From: an uncultured Clostridia bacterium
GTDB lineage: Bacteria; Bacillota; Clostridia; Christensenellales; UBA1242
Assembly (NCBI GenBank): GCA_934754475.1
Contig: CAKVHV010000001.1
Span: forward strand, 420,228-484,227
DNA length: 64,000 nt
Direction of reading: 5' to 3'
In this document: positions 25,501 to 28,500 of the stretch, in pieces
How positions within the stretch are numbered: position 1 is the stretch's first letter
How the letters are laid out: every line of letters starts with the position of its first letter
Notes under the pieces: model-generated
Seen by the model: only the letters and a program-made list of their open reading frames with translations
What the model was told of the DNA's origin: nothing
Databases searched by the model: none
Made by a program: the position numbers and the translations under genes

Positions 25501-28500
25501 TTACATAAGGTATTAATCTGTAGAAATAATCATGTCTTGAGTTGTTGTATTGCAAGCCAGGGTTCTCGATATAAATACCTATAGACTTGGAAATCTGTTG
25601 AACTTTGCTTAGACTAATTGTAACATCACTAGTTACATTTGTACTAGACTTAGAGTTTGTGCTAGGAATACTAAATAGATTATCAAGACTAAACGATTGT
25701 CCTGAAAGTGTTAGAGTTCCGTTGTCTTGGGAATAAGTATATTTACCACCATAGTCTACATAGTACAAGTTGCTATTGTTGTGTAAAATTTTTGAACCAT
25801 TAGCAGTAACAGTTGTGCTATCGCTAAATGAATTTGCACCATTAGATGCATAAGATGTATTACGTGAAATACTAATTTGGTGAATTACTCTAGCACCCAA
25901 ATTACTAAATAATGCCGAATAATATGTGTTTGAGTATACGTTTGAATCATTAGTATCAACCGCAATCTTTTCCTGTTCAATTAAATATAGATAAATTGTA
26001 TAAGGATTAGTCTGAACGGCACCTGACGAGTATCCATCGTTTCCTTCCGAACTAGCAGTTGTATTTGAACCACTTGTGTTCCAATACATACGATATATAT
26101 GACTGCCAAAGTTAAATGCTGAATATCCAGAAGTATCGGTAGTATTCTTAGATAAAATACCCGAACCATATTTAGCTTGTACTTTAAGAGCGGTACCAAT
26201 TACAACTTGACTAAATTTGGTCGAATAAGTATAAAGATTACCACTAGTACTAGATAACGACAAATCATTGCTTGTCTTGGCGGATGTTTTATCATATATT
26301 TTGAAATTAGATAATTCGGTATCGCTAAATTGTGTACCCAATAACTTGACATAAATAGGCACATCTACAGCGGATAATTTTGGATTGACAACAATCGCAA
26401 CAACCGCAGTAGGACTCGCTCCCGCTTGAACCGCATGCCATAACAAGTTACCATCTGACGAATTGGTGTTTGTGACGGTTGTCGTACCATACTTAACAGT
26501 AGGTTTGGTATTATATCCAGTTGAAGCAATTGATAGAGTAACGTTATCATACTCGCTAGAATTAACATAAGTGCTACTACCCATAGTAACTTTGTTTATT
26601 CTATAAGTACTGCTTCCGTCTGTAATATTTATGGTGTACGAATAATGATTGTTTGTATCATAAAGCAAATATTTTGTAGTCGCTGTCGATTCAAGTTTAT
26701 CTCCAAAACTAATTGCGCTACTTCCACCAGTAATACTTCCCGTAAATCCACTAGGTGCAGGACTATCAATTTTCATACTAGTAGTGACGTAATAGTTATT
26801 AATACTAATAGCCAATGCCGATGTCGATGCCGATGTGAATGGGAATATTACAGTCTTGTTGGATGCAGTAAATGAATAAGACCCACTTGTTGCATTTTGG
26901 TAAGCACCACTTGTACTATTGAATGTTGTAAGTGTTGTACTACTTCCAAACTTAATTTGACCAAAATTAATAGCGCCATAATTTTTAGTAATATTAAAGC
27001 TAAGTGTATCATTTAAGAAACAATTGTATGTATTTCCGCTACTTTTATAGCAATAATACGAACTTGCTAGTGTATTTCCAAAAGCAGATATTGCAATCTG
27101 TTGGGATATGGTTACTGCAACAGTTGAGCAGTAAATATTTATTGCAAAACTATTAGAAGTTGGTTTAAGACTAATTGAAAAGGATTTATCTGTACTATCG
27201 TTATACGAACCAAACGAATAATTTGATGGCATAACTGAAGTATTTCCAAGTTTAACATCCGTAATAAATGCCCTAGCATTTTTTGCCACTGTAATTGTAT
27301 AAGACTCAGTCTCGCCCTGCAAAATTGATATATTATTGTTAATAGAAGCAATAAATGAGTCATTTACAGAACTAGACTCTTCATTAAACATCAATGCAGA
27401 AAATGTAGATAAATTTGCTACAAACACAATGTTTGAATTACTTGTTGAAGTAATTGGGGAATTATTTAGATAATAATTAATTGAACCAACGTTATAAAAG
27501 CTTTGAGTGTAATTAATAAGTGGATAACCACGATTGTATTGATAATCTATGTTGGTGTTCAATCCACTTTGAGTAATAAACCAACCATCTTCACCAAATG
27601 TAAAGCCATTGAAGTTAGATTTGTCTTTCATTTGAGATTCACTAGTTCTGCGAGTACCATAACTAGATGTACCCAAAGTTCCCGAGCCTATGTAATAATA
27701 AGCATTGCCAACCGAACCACTACCCGAAACTTTGACAGGGTACATTTTACCAACCCCATGGGATACAAAGTAAACATTTTTTATACTTCCCGAATTAGTA
27801 TTTGTAAGTCCAATATTTTTTCCACTAGTACCACTAGCCACAACAAAATATGAATTTTGAAGATTGCCTGAATTTGAATTAATCAAAAAGAAACTATCAT
27901 CTACGCCAGCATCAAGGCTTACAAACCTAACATATTTTCCACTATTATTTGTACCAACAAAACTAGCATAGCCACTTGTATTTCCGTCTAATCCACAATA
28001 TTCAATAGTTCCACTATTTGTTTGGCAAAGCATGGCTTTTCCACTAACACTACATGTACCACTTCCAACAAATAGATTAGATATTTTTCCATTATTTGTT
28101 TGAACTATTGCTGTACCAGAACTAGTAGATATCACCATATTACTTAAAGTATAATATTTCCCGTCAAGTGTTCCTGAACTCGACAACGAACTAAACCCTA
28201 CAAAGTCATAGTCCATTGTATAAGTATAAGTTGTGCCACCTATTGTCAATGAACTAGGGCTAAAGTCAATATCTGCACCAATTGTATAATTTGTTGTTGG
28301 GTTATTAACAAAGTATGCAAATTGAAGCGGTGTTGTAATATTAGTAGCACTTGAACTAGTTAAATTAGAATTTCTGCATTTTGCTACATCAGTCCAAGTT
28401 AACTTAATATATTTAATATTAATGCTAACAGTTGAACTAGCATTTCCCATTATTGTTTTAATACTATCCGCCAACATTGTGAAGTTGTTTGTTGTTGGTG

